Shown here one piece after another: positions 28,680-37,694 of a stretch of 64,000 nt of DNA. Numbering within the stretch: the stretch's first letter is position 1; every line of letters starts with the position of its first letter. The position numbers and the translations under genes were made by a program. Location of the stretch: the IMG/VR virus record IMGVR_UViG_3300050821_024094, positions 1 through 64,000 of that record. One strand, given 5' to 3'. The notes beneath the pieces are model-generated. The model saw only the letters and a program-made list of their open reading frames with translations, ran no database searches and was not told where the DNA came from. This stretch comes from a virus.

Positions 28680-29000
28680 TCAGGTCAGCACCCAGGCAGT
28701 GATGTCTGCGCCGGTTCCAGTCGCGCGCACGGCGCGGATGATCAGCCAATCGATGACGGTGAGGCCGACCGGAACCTTGAGGTCCACATGCACGCTGTCG
28801 TCCTGGCACTCGACGGTGACCGCGCGGATCACCTCGGCTGCCGTGCCAGCGTTGAACACCGCAAGCTTGCCGTAAACCGGCAAGTCGTTGGTGTCGTTCG
28901 GCGTGACCGGCAGAGCATCCCTCGCCGGCGCGATCGCACGATGCGAGGCGCAGGAGAATTTGAGCACGTCGCTGGAAGAGACATACGAGTTCGTGGTCAT
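28680..29000 (-). CDS. GTA head-spike base-like protein (Rcc01079-like)
   Basis: PA.....VTP.D..DLP and VRATGT.A.I motifs, recalled from that family. Confidence 0.55.
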   Translation of the reverse strand: MTTNSYVSSSDVLKFSCASHRAIAPARDALPVTPNDTNDLPVYGKLAVFNAGTAAEVIRAVTVECQDDSVHVDLKVPVGLTVIDWLIIRAVRATGTGADITAWVLT

Positions 29001-29199
29001 GGACGTGTCCCGATGTTGGACGAAAGGAGTGCGACGGGGGTCAGGTGCGCGGGCGGTCGTTGCCTGCTACGGCCGTCTGCCTGACTCGGTGCGCGCCGCG
29101 TGTGAAAGGAGAACCACGCGCCCCGTCGCAAGCGATCCGGTGACGGAGGGCACCAGGTTCGCTCATGCATGGCCTAAGGGCAGGCCACGCGAAGGAAGT

Positions 29200-29451
29200 T
29201 CAGTGAATGGTCTTCTGCTCTCCACCGCTCGTCGCGAAGATGACGGCAGAGGGATCGAGATACAGGGTCAGCGAGAGCTGATTGGGTGAGGTGACGTAAG
29301 AGAGCCCGACGACGCCTTCGAGGACGATGCCCTCGACCATGGCGACGAGCACACCATGCTCGTTGCGCTCGAGCGTGATCTTGCCAGTGAATGGCGGAGT
29401 GTCGATCTCGCGCTTGGCGTCTTCCCGCTTGTCGTCTTTCTTGCTCGCCAT
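29200..29451 (-). CDS. Hypothetical protein
   Basis: Coupled small-ORF run. Confidence 0.5.
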   Translation of the reverse strand: MASKKDDKREDAKREIDTPPFTGKITLERNEHGVLVAMVEGIVLEGVVGLSYVTSPNQLSLTLYLDPSAVIFATSGGEQKTIH

Positions 29452-29452
29452 G

Positions 29453-29659
29453 TCAGCCCTTCCGTTTGCCCTTGCGCATACCCATCAGCGTGATCGCCTC
29501 GCGGGCCTCCGCGCCGAGCTTACCGGGTGCGCCCTTTTCCTTCTCCGCGTAGGCGCGCGTCGTCATGTGAGCGCGCTGCGCCTTCGCCTTGAAGACGCCG
29601 CGGTGTGATTTCGGGATCGACTTGGCGATCCAATTCGATTGATGACCGACCTTGGCCAT
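29453..29659 (-). CDS. Small basic hypothetical protein
   Basis: RBS GGGAG; Lys/Arg-rich. Confidence 0.55.
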   Translation of the reverse strand: MAKVGHQSNWIAKSIPKSHRGVFKAKAQRAHMTTRAYAEKEKGAPGKLGAEAREAITLMGMRKGKRKG

Positions 29660-29669
29660 GGCGGCTCCC

Positions 29670-29852
29670 TTAGTGCTTCACGTCCACCTTGCAGCCAGCC
29701 GCAACGGACATGGTGTTCTTCGGCCAGGTGCCGGGGCTCACGAGAAACGTGTGAGCTGCAACCTCGCAGTCATTGAGCTTGTCGAACGGCTTGGCGCTCA
29801 CCTGCGGACTAGAACTGCCGGCGAGGTAAATCAGCGTGACGAAAAGATACAT
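29670..29852 (-). CDS. Small hypothetical protein
   Basis: RBS GGAG; two Cys. Confidence 0.45.
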   Translation of the reverse strand: MYLFVTLIYLAGSSSPQVSAKPFDKLNDCEVAAHTFLVSPGTWPKNTMSVAAGCKVDVKH

Positions 29853-29969
29853 GCGCCATCTCCAGGGCCATGAGCACCATCCGGTGGCGCCGCGTTAGAC
29901 ACGAATCGAAACCCCGCCGCTGTTTCCAGCGACGGGGTCGTTTTGTCCGCCAGGTTTTTTATCGAGCGA

Positions 29970-30179
29970 TTACTGGCCTTCGGGGTTTCGCACCTGCGAG
30001 TACTCGCGACCAGTGATGGCCGTCGCAAGCGGGTCAGGCTTCGGAGGATTCGCTCGCAGTTGCGCCACGTAAGCCTCGTGCGCCTTGCAGGCCGCTTGGT
30101 CTGCCGTGCTCGGGCAAGGCAGGGCGTTAGCGGAGGTGGCGAACAGCGCAGCCGCAACAACGAGAACAACGTGTTTCAT
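29970..30179 (-). CDS. Small secreted protein
   Basis: RBS AAGGAG; MKHVVLVVAAALFATSANA signal peptide. Confidence 0.55.
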   Translation of the reverse strand: MKHVVLVVAAALFATSANALPCPSTADQAACKAHEAYVAQLRANPPKPDPLATAITGREYSQVRNPEGQ

Positions 30180-30490
30180 GTTTGCTCCTTCTGTTGACGG
30201 CCGAGTTCTTTCACACCTCGATTTGCGAGTCGGCAAAGCCTCTTTGCGACTTGCGCAAAACGCGGACGGTGATGGCGGCGCTGGGCTCGGGCGCCTCCTC
30301 AATCTTCCGATCGTCTTCAACGGTGCTCGTGGCCGTTCACGTTGGGCTCGGCCGGAAGCATCTGCCCGGAGGAAAGTGCGGGCGCCCTGCTGAGGATTCA
30401 AAATGCCTAAAAGAAAACCCCGCGGCGGCCGACGATGCCAGGATTTCAAGTCCTGCCATCGCCGGCCTTGGCGCGGCGGGGGGTTATGGG

Positions 30491-30564
30491 TGGAGCGGGG
30501 AGCTGGAATTGAACCAGCACGTTCCGGCTGGAGACCAGGTGCTCTACCGTTGAGCTATCCCCGC
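30491..30564 (-). tRNA. tRNA-Gly(TCC)-like gene with atypical anticodon loop
   Basis: 74 nt; acceptor stem GCGGGGA/TCCCCGC, U73, encoded CCA, D-arm GCTC/GAGC, T-arm GCTGG-TTCAATT-CCAGC. Confidence 0.85.
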
Positions 30565-30573
30565 TTGAGCAGG

Positions 30574-31071
30574 TTACTGCGCGGGGGCTGCAGGAGCCGC
30601 CGGAGCATCTGCGACCGGCGCGGCCGGAGCGTCGGCGACAGGAGCAGCCGGAGCCGCCGGAGCGTCGGCCGCAGGAACCGCAGGCGCGGCCGGAGCAGCG
30701 TCTTGCGCGGGAGCCGCAGGCACCGGAGCAGCCGGAGCTGCCGGGGCCGGAGCCGGGGTCACGGCGGCGGTGATCGCGTCGTTGGTGGCCTGCATCTTCG
30801 CGACGATCGCGGAGATCGCTGCGCTGTCATCCGCCGGGACGGTCGCGAGTTGCGCGACGAGCGTGTTGTGATCCGCAACGAGCGCGGAAACTTTGTCCAT
30901 CAGCGCCTTCACGGCGACTTCGTTGGCTGCCTCGACGGCAGCGAGAGTGTCGAGGGCGGTCATGATGTTGATGTCTCCCTTGGTGAGTTGTTCGAGATAG
31001 ATCAAGCAGACGCTCACCTTGCGGGCGAGCTCAGCGAGGGACTCCTGGATGGAGGTCTGCTCCGGACTCAT
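30574..31071 (-). CDS. Coiled-coil protein with Ala/Pro repeat tail
   Basis: APAAPVADAPAAP repeats; start uncertain. Confidence 0.6.
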   Translation of the reverse strand: MSPEQTSIQESLAELARKVSVCLIYLEQLTKGDINIMTALDTLAAVEAANEVAVKALMDKVSALVADHNTLVAQLATVPADDSAAISAIVAKMQATNDAITAAVTPAPAPAAPAAPVPAAPAQDAAPAAPAVPAADAPAAPAAPVADAPAAPVADAPAAPAAPAQ

Positions 31072-31130
31072 GCGTTGGCTGCGAAACATATCGAGCGCTC
31101 CCCAGAACATGAGTGGATGGTCGAATGCCG

Positions 31131-31170
31131 AAACGAAAAACCCCGCCAGCGCGGGTGCGCGGGCGGGGTT
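31131..31170 (-). terminator. Intrinsic terminator after the portal gene
   Basis: AACCCCGCC...GGCGGGGTT stem followed by TTTCGTTT on the minus strand. Confidence 0.7.
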
Positions 31171-31236
31171 GAACAGATTCGTTCGATGTTGATCCGAAAG
31201 TTGCACGGTCAGCGAGGCTAGTCAAGGCACTTCGTT

Positions 31237-32895
31237 TTACGCCGCACCGATCTGGTCTTGCAGACCTTGATTGTCGTCTTTCGCGAGCAGAATTTTCTTG
31301 CCGGTGTTGCCGGTGTCGCCGACTTTCGGATCTTTTGGAGCACCGGGACCACCACCGGCCGCCGCAGTCGCAGCCGCGAGCGCCGCTGCTTGCTTGTTGT
31401 CCTCCTCCAATTGCTTGGCGAGGCGTTGCTCTTCGACCTCGGGATCGAACTGCGGTCCGAGGAAACCACGACGCGCCCACTCATCCCACAGCGTCTCGCG
31501 CGAGATGACACGGCTGTCGTGGGCTTCCATGAGCTCGGTGTTCTCGTTGGTCTCGCGCAGCTCCACACCGAAGTCGGTGTGGATGTAGACCTCGGGCTCG
31601 GCCTGAATGTTGAGCCACATGGCGGTGAAGACGAACAATTCCTCGAGCACGTCCTTTTCGTCGGACGCCCAGGCTTCGGCTGCGGCGTGAGCCTTGGCGG
31701 CATTGACGGCCTCTGCCGTTGCGGTGATGTGCCCGCCACCGCGCACGATCGGCGCCATGCCGAGCTTTGCCATTTGCTCCTCGATCTTGTCGACCTGGGC
31801 TTGCAGCTTCTCGATGGATTGACCGGCAGGCTCGATGAAGGTCCAGCTCGGGATCGACGACGTGAGGCCCGGTTGAGGAGGTGCAAAGCACACGAGGCCC
31901 GGTCCGATTCGAAGCTGCATCGGTTGTCCGGTGGCCGGGTCGATCGGCGGCGAGATGCCGTTGCCCGATAGCATTGGGAAGGCCGCCTGCAGGAGGATGT
32001 GCTTGAGGTTCGAGCTCTGCTGATAGTGCTCGATTTGCAAGTAGGCCAAGTCGGTCATCGGAGAGACGCAGGCGTTCGTCCACCACTCGCGCTCGCCCGG
32101 CTTGAACAAGCGGAACGGGAGTTCTGGCAGCGTGATGAAGCCCCCACCGACGAGCGCCCAGCCGGTGCCACCGACCTCCCAGAGCTGCCAGGTGCGATTG
32201 ACACCATCGTCATCGAGCACGCGCACGCGGCGCACCGGGATCTCTGAAAAGCCAACGCGCTTGACGATGTCCTCGCGCAGACGGACGTGCTTGACGTACT
32301 TCCGCCCTGCCCGCATCTCCGTGTAGAGCGCGATGATGTCCTCTGCCCGATACATGGACCAGTAGGGGCGAGCGCCCAGGCGCCGCTCATCAGCGAGCGT
32401 CGAACCGGGATTGACGTTTGGGTAATCGACGAGCAGCCCGACGACGCCGAAGGCGACGCCCTCCTTGAAGATGTCACGGGCGAACTTGTGCAGCGAGACG
32501 CCATGGCCGTCCACATCCTCCGCGATCTCGCGGATTTGCGGCGAGATGTCGTCACCCTGGAGCGCGACCTCTTTCGAGAACGGCTTCGAGGTGATGCTGT
32601 TGACGGAGTCCTTGAAGTGATTGACGAAGGGCGCGTACTTGTTGCGAGCCGTGTATTCGGTGTCGCTCTCCTCCGTGAACCGCGGAAGATAGAGCTCGCC
32701 GGCCGCACGAATACGACGCGCTCCGCCGAGGATGTCGCGGATCAGACTCCATTCGGGGAGAGCCGCCACATAGGCGAGCGACGGGACCGAGGGATCGCCG
32801 CCCTGTTCGATGAGCGATTGCGCGGGGAGCGGCGTGTCGCTCGTGAGCGGAGACCGGAAAGGGTCCGCCTTCTTCTTGCTGGTTGGTCGTTTCAT
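31237..32895 (-). CDS. Portal protein (DUF4055 type)
   Basis: YLPRF, DVDG.G.SL, LLVDYP, RPY, PM.DLA.L.I.HYQ. Confidence 0.9.
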   Translation of the reverse strand: MKRPTSKKKADPFRSPLTSDTPLPAQSLIEQGGDPSVPSLAYVAALPEWSLIRDILGGARRIRAAGELYLPRFTEESDTEYTARNKYAPFVNHFKDSVNSITSKPFSKEVALQGDDISPQIREIAEDVDGHGVSLHKFARDIFKEGVAFGVVGLLVDYPNVNPGSTLADERRLGARPYWSMYRAEDIIALYTEMRAGRKYVKHVRLREDIVKRVGFSEIPVRRVRVLDDDGVNRTWQLWEVGGTGWALVGGGFITLPELPFRLFKPGEREWWTNACVSPMTDLAYLQIEHYQQSSNLKHILLQAAFPMLSGNGISPPIDPATGQPMQLRIGPGLVCFAPPQPGLTSSIPSWTFIEPAGQSIEKLQAQVDKIEEQMAKLGMAPIVRGGGHITATAEAVNAAKAHAAAEAWASDEKDVLEELFVFTAMWLNIQAEPEVYIHTDFGVELRETNENTELMEAHDSRVISRETLWDEWARRGFLGPQFDPEVEEQRLAKQLEEDNKQAAALAAATAAAGGGPGAPKDPKVGDTGNTGKKILLAKDDNQGLQDQIGAA

Positions 32896-33852
32896 TGGGT
32901 GCCTATCTTGGAGCGGGATGGTTGTTCTTGTTTGTTCGGTTGCGAGGTACGGGAGTGAGTTATGCGAGGTAGGCGGGTGAGTTATTGGTCACGTTATTGG
33001 TCATTCGCTGTTGACTCACTTGCGGTATCGCCAAAAACCGCGCACGAGAACGGCAATGCTCTCAATGGGTTGTCTGGTAGAAATCCTCTCATGGCAGAAG
33101 TCTGCCATGACAAAGTTTGCGAAATTCAGAGGTAGAATCACAATTTTCGAGGCTTGTTAGTCTGCAAGTGCAGGCGCTTGGCCAAATTGTGGCGAAAGTT
33201 CTCCCCGCGCGTGTCTTGCATTCTTGGTTATGCTGACCCCCCATACCCCCTGCCCTTGGGTTCCTGATTCTTAAAGGAAGGAAACCCATGGGCGCCCCAC
33301 CGGAAAAATTAGAGATCAACATCTGCGTTCGCGCAGAAGGACGGACCGCGAGTAGAGCCGCGGCCGTCATCGCCGCGTCGATCGCAATACTTGCCGCCGG
33401 CCTGATCCTTTGGTCAGTCGTGAAGCATCTTTAGACTGCGGCGACGTGTCCCCCGTAAAAATCCCAATAGCGAGAAAAGCGCGACCATATCTTGGGCGTT
33501 GCGCCGCGAGGCGATAACAACCCAAGATAACAAGGAGTTTAATCGCCATGATCGACTGGCGCATTACGGTTCGCAGATGTCTCAATCGCATGAACGCATG
33601 GTGCGTTTACAAGGAGCGAGGAACCAACGGCACAGCAATGGCCACACGCAAAGAGCTCTCGCACCACAGGTCATTCGAGATCGCGCAAAGGCGCGCGACA
33701 TATCTGAGGGCCTTACCGCACTGGGTGTGGGAACAACTGCACTCGGTTGGGAGCCGGGACTAACCGGGGATAGACTTAGAGAACGTGAACCTGAGCTAAC
33801 CGCAGGTGGCCGGCGTGCTAGACTTCCCGCGTTAGAGCACGGGGTGATTTCG

Positions 33853-34243
33853 ATGAGGACAAAGTATCTGCTTGGCGCCGCCGGGCTACTCGGCGTAGCC
33901 AGCATGCCGATTCCCGTCAGTGCGCAGGGCGCCGAGCCGAAGTTCGAAACCGTCCAGGACCTTTATCGGATGTGCACGGGCGGTGGTTTTGAGCGCTTTG
34001 GTTGCCTCGGCTTTATTAGCGGAGCGAATGGCGAGATGTCCTTATTCGGCGCGCTCGCCGATTCCCTTCGCGACCCGAGGGACCGTGTGCTGGTGAAGGA
34101 GCAGTCAGTGTGCGGCAATGGCACCAACGGAGCGGCGGTTCAGGCTTTCAAAAAACTGGGCAGAAAAACACCCGGAGATGTGGAGCAAGCGACCTCTGAC
34201 GGGCATCATCCTTGCCTTGCGCGAAACGTGGCCGTGCAAGTGA
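33853..34243 (+). pseudogene. Rap1a/Tai-like T6SS amidase immunity gene, frameshifted in an A6 tract
   Basis: Signal peptide, LYRMC...CLGFISG; removing one A at 34150-34155 gives KNWAEKHPEMW...ALRETWPCK. Confidence 0.7.
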
Positions 34244-34247
34244 CCGT

Positions 34248-35309
34248 TTAGTGGGCGTTGGGCTTCACACATACTGACAAAAGCCCAGGCAACTTTGCCG
34301 CGCCCTCGCTCATTGGCAAGTCTTCAAATCCCGCGAATACCGGGGCGCTCCGCGTCCCCTGAAGAGCCAGACCAACGTTCTTGGCAGTCGCAATGCGAGT
34401 CATAAGATTTCCATCGACGCCATACATCGCATTAACCCACCCGTTGATTATCTTCCTCTCGATCCTGTAGTTTTCAATCGGAATGTACTGCCCGTCGACG
34501 ACCAAAGAGTCTGCGCTCATCCTCATAATCACATCTCCTTGTACTCCCGCATCAAAAATAAAATGCAGAAATGGCTTTCCATCAGATGGGCAAACAATAA
34601 GAAGCTTATTGATTCCGTTGACAGTCTCTCGTTGGCCTTTGAGATAAATTCCGCCCTCAAAGCTCTCAATCGTCCAAGCAACCGACCCGCGTCCGTTGTT
34701 GATCACTCCTAATCGAAGAAGCTCCGGTTCAGCCAAGGTGACAGCCCGATCTCTGCCAGCGCGAGTAGCAATGGAGAACAACTCGGTCGAAACGCCCATC
34801 TCCTTGATGTAAGCCACGACGGCGGCAGACAAGACCTGTGTGAGGTCGCTTTCATTCGGCATCGGCTTGTCGAAGAAAAACCTATGCACGCCGTATACAG
34901 AACCGTTTCCGAGGTATCGATATCTGCCTCCGAGAAAAGCGAGCGCACAGGCGCTAACACAAAATCCCGGCTGCACCTTCTCGCGTTTTTGGCCAACTTG
35001 TATGGTTAGATTGTGCTTCCGGATTGTCCGGCCCAACTCGATACCTCCCAATAAATTGCCCCCCGGTGAATCGATAACCATTAAGCTTCCGTCTATGATC
35101 TTTCGCGCCTGAATTAGGGCGTCGAGCCGCTTGCCCGCGTCGGCATCAATTTCACCGGATGCGTAAATTTGCCATCTGAAATCACCCATGAGCGCCGAAA
35201 CGGCTTCATTAGGGGGCTCGACGGCGAATTGCATCGTCTCTGCGTTCGCAGAGTTACAAAGCAATACCGTAACTACTATTGCCGCGAGTGGTCCCCATTG
35301 CCTTGTCAT
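34248..35309 (-). CDS. Periplasmic ClpP/crotonase-like protein
   Basis: Signal peptide; IDSPGG, CVSACALAFLGG, GVHRF. Confidence 0.75.
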   Translation of the reverse strand: MTRQWGPLAAIVVTVLLCNSANAETMQFAVEPPNEAVSALMGDFRWQIYASGEIDADAGKRLDALIQARKIIDGSLMVIDSPGGNLLGGIELGRTIRKHNLTIQVGQKREKVQPGFCVSACALAFLGGRYRYLGNGSVYGVHRFFFDKPMPNESDLTQVLSAAVVAYIKEMGVSTELFSIATRAGRDRAVTLAEPELLRLGVINNGRGSVAWTIESFEGGIYLKGQRETVNGINKLLIVCPSDGKPFLHFIFDAGVQGDVIMRMSADSLVVDGQYIPIENYRIERKIINGWVNAMYGVDGNLMTRIATAKNVGLALQGTRSAPVFAGFEDLPMSEGAAKLPGLLSVCVKPNAH

Positions 35310-35404
35310 TGGCGCGCCCCCGATCAATGCATCCCGCCACCATGACTCCAGGTCGGCTCAACTGCAACGACGCATCCGGCCGGTCCACACTTCGAGATGT
35401 TTCC

Positions 35405-35647
35405 TCAAATCTCGCCCGGCTCCTCGGGTCGCACGAGACGCGCGAGTATGAAGGCAACAAAGGATACGGCGCCGAAAAAGAGAGCCCCGGTCAAGGCGAG
35501 CATGATGACAATCATCAACCCCTCGCCCACATAATCGCGTGAGATAACTCTGTAGACCAAACTGGCAGCGAACACCGCCGTGCACACAGTGGCGATGCTC
35601 CGCATACCTCTCATCAAGCGCGTTAAGATCAGGCGGATAAAGCGCAC
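35405..35647 (-). CDS. Small membrane protein
   Basis: Two hydrophobic segments; RBS GGAGG. Confidence 0.5.
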   Translation of the reverse strand: MRFIRLILTRLMRGMRSIATVCTAVFAASLVYRVISRDYVGEGLMIVIMLALTGALFFGAVSFVAFILARLVRPEEPGEI

Positions 35648-35683
35648 CCCGTCACCTCCAAATACGGCTCAGACGAGCCTATC

Positions 35684-36007
35684 GTGACCGCCAGAGACGT
35701 CACTGATGGGAGATACGAGCCCATGACCTTGTTGGATGACACCAAAGTCGTAGCCGAGGAGATCCTCGCGCCTGTCCCAGAGATAGCGAAGGACGCTTTC
35801 CAGGCCGAACTCGATTTCCTCGAGTGGAGGGCCGACAACGAGCCCGCACACTGCGAGGAGTTCATGGCGATGTTGGCGGATTACGTGCGGCGCGCGAAGC
35901 CTCTCGTTGATACTTACGCTCGGATCGCTCGCCAGCATCCGCCACTTATGGGGCGGTTCGTGGCAATCGTTGAGCCGATCCGACGAGAGACGTTCGGCAC
36001 CGAGTAG
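35684..36007 (+). CDS. Hypothetical protein
   Basis: ORF with plausible composition. Confidence 0.45.
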   Translation: MTARDVTDGRYEPMTLLDDTKVVAEEILAPVPEIAKDAFQAELDFLEWRADNEPAHCEEFMAMLADYVRRAKPLVDTYARIARQHPPLMGRFVAIVEPIRRETFGTE

Positions 36008-36018
36008 CTAGTCGCGCA

Positions 36019-36231
36019 TCAGCCGTTACTTTCTGGTGCCTCCGCGTGCAGGAGCGGATCAGTCGCCCAGAGCATCGAGTTGCCCTTGGCAGTGCCGTCC
36101 AGCTCGCGCGGAAGGATGAGGATTTGGGTTGTGTCGATGTCGGCGTGCTCTGGATCGAGGGCGCCGAGTAGCTGTGCCGTCTTGCGAGAGCAGATGATGA
36201 AGACCGGCGTGTAACCGTCACGGTCCGTCAT
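36019..36231 (-). CDS. Hypothetical protein
   Basis: Coupled small-ORF run. Confidence 0.5.
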   Translation of the reverse strand: MTDRDGYTPVFIICSRKTAQLLGALDPEHADIDTTQILILPRELDGTAKGNSMLWATDPLLHAEAPESNG

Positions 36232-36418
36232 CGAGCGCCCTCACCGCTGCCCGGCCTGCGACTTCAGCGATGAGGATGGTGCGTGCGCGTTCGCGATAGT
36301 CGCGCCACCTTGCGCCGAAGCTGTCGCCCATGGTGAGAACGCGCTGATCCGGGTCGACGCCCTCCGCATCGCACATCGCACGCGCGACGATCTGGACTTG
36401 CCGGTCGGTGACCATCAT
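36218..36418 (-). CDS. Hypothetical protein
   Basis: VARAMC...G.DPD and WRDY, typical of small phage ORFs. Confidence 0.55.
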   Translation of the reverse strand: MMVTDRQVQIVARAMCDAEGVDPDQRVLTMGDSFGARWRDYRERARTILIAEVAGRAAVRALDDGP

Positions 36419-36798
36419 GACGCCCTCCGCCGAGATCTGGCGACTGCAGGCGCCTTCGCACCTGCTTCGAGCTCTGCGATCCGCTTGAGCGCGTCAGCGA
36501 GGTTGAGCGCGAGCGTGTCGCGGTCGTTCTCGACCTCGGTGAGCACGGCATCGAACGCCCGAAACATGGCGAAGACCTCCGAACGGGAGGGGTATTGCAC
36601 CATGTCAAACGAGAGGCGCCGCGCGAGGTACAAGGCTTCGCGCGCGTTGTAGCTCGCCATCCGCGCGATGTGACGGCGTTGGATGGAGCCAAGGATGAAG
36701 CGGAGGATGAGGATCGCCACGCCGGTGGCGATGAGCACGATGACGATGGCCCTAAGCGCATCCATCGCGAAGCCGATCCAGGCCAGACGCACCATCAT
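36415..36798 (-). CDS. Hypothetical membrane protein
   Basis: N-terminal TM; ATGA overlaps. Confidence 0.55.
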   Translation of the reverse strand: MMVRLAWIGFAMDALRAIVIVLIATGVAILILRFILGSIQRRHIARMASYNAREALYLARRLSFDMVQYPSRSEVFAMFRAFDAVLTEVENDRDTLALNLADALKRIAELEAGAKAPAVARSRRRAS

Positions 36799-37079
36799 GT
36801 CCGCGCCTTCTTCTGCTGGAGATTGAGGTAGACGCCCATGGCTTCGACGTCGCCCTCCTTCAAGACCTTCTGAAGCAGGCAGCCCAGCACGAAGTCGTTG
36901 ACCTCAGCTCGAATGATCTGCGCCTCCTTGCGGAGCGGCCCGTCGATGAGCGAGCGGAAGTCCTGGTAGGGCACGCCGAGCGTGCGGCAGGCCGTTGCGG
37001 CGATGCCCCAGGACTCGCGATAGACGTTGAGGATGCGGTCCTGGTCGATGAAGGTGTTGTTGGCGGGCGCGTCGGTCAT
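36795..37079 (-). CDS. TerS-like HTH protein (paralog of 39317-39862)
   Basis: Aligns by eye with TerS core: IL......G....A...L...; KEA..I..E..D.....LL..V..GD.E....L. Confidence 0.55.
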   Translation of the reverse strand: MTDAPANNTFIDQDRILNVYRESWGIAATACRTLGVPYQDFRSLIDGPLRKEAQIIRAEVNDFVLGCLLQKVLKEGDVEAMGVYLNLQQKKART

Positions 37080-37351
37080 CAGAAGCCATCCCGGAAGGGA
37101 GCACCGTGGAGCTCCATGCAGTGGACGCCGAGAGCAGTGACCTTGCGGATTTCGTGGAGAGACGGTTCGACGCCGCCCGCCTTACACCACGCTGCCCGCG
37201 CCTTGGCGAGATACTCCTCCATGCAGACGATGAACTCGCCGGGCGACATGGCCTTTTCGTCGTGGCGTGCGGCGTTGCCCTTCCCCGCGTCCTGATACAG
37301 ACGCTCACTGTCGACGGCAGAGTAGACGCGAGTGCGTGAGGCTTGCGGCAT
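37079..37351 (-). CDS. Possible MazG-like all-alpha NTP pyrophosphatase
   Basis: ER.YQD, EE, E..KV.A..V..ME pattern. Confidence 0.45.
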   Translation of the reverse strand: MPQASRTRVYSAVDSERLYQDAGKGNAARHDEKAMSPGEFIVCMEEYLAKARAAWCKAGGVEPSLHEIRKVTALGVHCMELHGAPFRDGF

Positions 37352-37481
37352 TGAGAGGTCTCCGTGTGGTAGGGAAGTGATTTGTTATGAGGGCACGCTT
37401 GCCACATGCGCGGGCGCACGCAAGATTAAATCGACGCGCGCGTCACGCTTTTCGAGTACTGTGACCGTTACAGGCAGAAAT

Positions 37482-37682
37482 TCACACCCCACGAAGCGCC
37501 GCGACGATCGCGTGCAGCGCATCAGGACTAATCAGGACGCGGCAGTAGGTCTTGTCGGAGTCCATCGACTGGAGCGACGACGCCTTGTCGAGCGCCGCCG
37601 CGAGCTTCAGGCGGTAGGCGGGAGTGTCATAGGCCGGGTCAATGGCCGCCGGTTCCTCGGTGAGGATGCTCGTCACGCTCAT
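37482..37682 (-). CDS. Hypothetical protein
   Basis: ORF with RBS right after terL. Confidence 0.45.
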   Translation of the reverse strand: MSVTSILTEEPAAIDPAYDTPAYRLKLAAALDKASSLQSMDSDKTYCRVLISPDALHAIVAALRGV

Positions 37683-37694
37683 GCTTGATCCTGT

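Noticed and set aside
30491-30564. tRNA as an att site, or as tRNA-Trp(CCA)
   Set aside because: No duplicated 3' end or integrase seen; a 7-nt CCA loop register breaks the stem, and the acceptor stem is Gly-type
30574-30760. GCCGGAGC-type tandem DNA repeats
   Set aside because: Explained by the Ala/Pro low-complexity protein tail
32924-32937. Alphaproteobacterial LexA box upstream of the portal
   Set aside because: GTTC-N6-GTTC rather than the N7 spacing
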